Source of the DNA: Myxococcota bacterium
Lineage (GTDB): Bacteria > Myxococcota_A > Polyangia > Nannocystales > Nannocystaceae
Direction: 5' to 3'
NCBI GenBank assembly: GCA_039028615.1
Contig: JBCCHT010000002.1
Coordinates: 32,001 to 96,000, forward strand
DNA: 64,000 nt
Shown here: positions 62,587 through 64,000 of the stretch, piece after piece
Position numbering within the stretch: position 1 is the first letter of the stretch
How the letters are laid out: each line of letters opens with the position of its first letter
Made by a program: the position numbers and the translations under genes
The notes under the pieces: generated by a model
Seen by the model: the letters and a program-made list of their open reading frames with translations, nothing else
Told to the model about the DNA's origin: nothing
Databases searched by the model: none

Positions 62587-62618
62587 AAAAGACCGCGACC
62601 CGAAGGTCGCGGTCTTCA
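62587..62618. terminator. Terminator hairpin between convergent genes (T-tract on the minus strand)
   Basis: aagaccgcgacc-cgaa-ggtcgcggtctt. Confidence 0.8.
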
Positions 62619-62645
62619 TCATCTCGAGCCGTACGCGGCCGAGAG

Positions 62646-64000
62646 CTACTTGCCGCCCTTGGCTCGCAGCTTGCCGATGCTGTAGCGAGCGGTCAGCACG
62701 GAGAGCTGGTACTTTGCGGGCAAGCGCGAGTCCTTCTCGTCCTTCATGATGCGCTCGATCTCGTCGACGCACTCCTGGCAGGGCTTGCCCTGCATGACGT
62801 GGGCAGTGAGCCACGCCATGGTCACGCGAGCGTCGGGGTTGCGGACCTTGTAGGCCTTGGCCAGGCTCAGCGCCGCCTTGGCGTCGCCCGACGACATGCG
62901 AGCCACGTTGACGGCCGCGACTTCACGCGCGAACCAGTCGGCGTTGCTGTCGTCGAGCACCTTCTCGTAGCAGCCCTTGTCCTTGCCGCACTTCTCGATG
63001 GTCTGGATGCCCGTGGCCCACGCCGCGGTGTTCTCCTTGACCTTCGGGTCGGCCGCAGCGGAGGCCTCGATGGCCGCCTTGATCGAGCCGACGGTATCGG
63101 CGTCGGCCGCCAGCACGCCGAAGCGCGACGCCTCCCACTGGATCTCGTGGATGAAGCTCGAGTTCTCGACCGCGTCCTGGTCGTAGACGCCGGTACGGAT
63201 CACGTTCTCGAGACACTTGGCCGCGTCGGCGCCACCGATGCGCCCCAGCGCCTCGGCCAGCGCGAACATGTCGCCGGGGTTCTTCGACCACGTCGCGCAG
63301 GCGCAGACAGCCTCGGCGCCCTTGGGGTCACCGATGAAGCCGAGCGAGTTGCCCAGCTGCGCCCGGATCTTGGCGGTGTCGATGACCGGCGCCTCTTCCT
63401 CGCCTTCGGCCGGCTTGGGCGGCTCGTAGTCGGGTGCACACTCGGCGACCGGCATTGCGGCGACGAGCTCGTCCACGCCCTGGCCGGAGCCGATGACCCC
63501 GAGCAGCGACGCGGCGTACAGCTGAATGTTGACCTGGTCGACCGAGTTGGCCGCGGCCAGCTTCTGCACCTCTTCGTGCTCCGCCTTGAGCATGGCGATG
63601 ACGCGGGGGATGGCCGCCTCGCCGATCGAGCCGATGGCGATCTTCACCTTCTCGGCGATGTTGGTCGTGGTCGGAGCGTCGGGCACCCGATAAACCGCGG
63701 TCAGCAGGGCATCGATGGCCGAGACGTCGCCGATGCGGCCCATCGCGGTGGCGACCTTGCGGTGCACGCCGACGGGCTGCTTGTCGACGGTCTGCTCGAG
63801 CGACTTGATGAGCACGGGCACTGCCTTGGGGCTGCCCAGCTCGCCCAGCGTGTCGACCATGAGGCCTCGGACCTCACCCGCCCGATCACCGCCGTCGTTC
63901 TTCGGGTCATCGACCAGCTTGCCGAACTGCTCGATGATCGTCTCGAGCGAGCCGTCGGCCTTGGCCTTGCGAACACCCTCGAGCGCCAGGAGGGTGGCTT
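62646..64000 (-). CDS. HEAT/PBS-lyase repeat protein (5' end beyond the window)
   Basis: LGELGSPKAVPVL, MGRIGDVSAIDAL, LGFIGDPKG repeats; frame stays open to the window edge. Confidence 0.8.
   Translation of the reverse strand, partial: ATLLALEGVRKAKADGSLETIIEQFGKLVDDPKNDGGDRAGEVRGLMVDTLGELGSPKAVPVLIKSLEQTVDKQPVGVHRKVATAMGRIGDVSAIDALLTAVYRVPDAPTTTNIAEKVKIAIGSIGEAAIPRVIAMLKAEHEEVQKLAAANSVDQVNIQLYAASLLGVIGSGQGVDELVAAMPVAECAPDYEPPKPAEGEEEAPVIDTAKIRAQLGNSLGFIGDPKGAEAVCACATWSKNPGDMFALAEALGRIGGADAAKCLENVIRTGVYDQDAVENSSFIHEIQWEASRFGVLAADADTVGSIKAAIEASAAADPKVKENTAAWATGIQTIEKCGKDKGCYEKVLDDSNADWFAREVAAVNVARMSSGDAKAALSLAKAYKVRNPDARVTMAWLTAHVMQGKPCQECVDEIERIMKDEKDSRLPAKYQLSVLTARYSIGKLRAKGGK

Overview
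High-GC window that looks myxobacterial, most like Nannocystales (inferred from Cys-rich CGDG repeat proteins, many lipoproteins, a Ser/Thr kinase-TPR protein and an FrzS homologue). About 48 real CDSs; most other ORF-track entries are antisense or off-frame shadows. Core genes: pyrG-rpoN-hprK-rapZ-EIIA-HPr-EI (a PTS with no transporter subunits), a biotin carboxylase, rpoZ with a long acidic tail, purB, ECF sigma/anti-sigma-frzS-hflX, uppP, and ada/alkA-ogt. Highlights: (1) a 2878-aa protein with an N-terminal sacsin/NOV-type GHKL ATPase, about 12 degenerate 105-133-aa repeats and a C-terminal transglutaminase-like Cys-His-Asp domain, a candidate new conflict/defence or proteostasis machine; (2) a cobalamin-riboswitch operon with a BtuB-like receptor, two surface lipoproteins (BtuG-like, BtuH-like) and BtuFCD; (3) a 119-bp CTAG-bounded palindromic MITE-like element upstream of a di-haem cytochrome gene that has a 1-bp homopolymer frameshift; (4) a tandem palindromic operator before a TetR-molybdoenzyme operon; (5) a pyrG-rpoN junction lacking the kds/lpt genes. 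No rRNA, tRNA, CRISPR array or transposase was seen. All calls come from reading motifs by eye; no searches were run.
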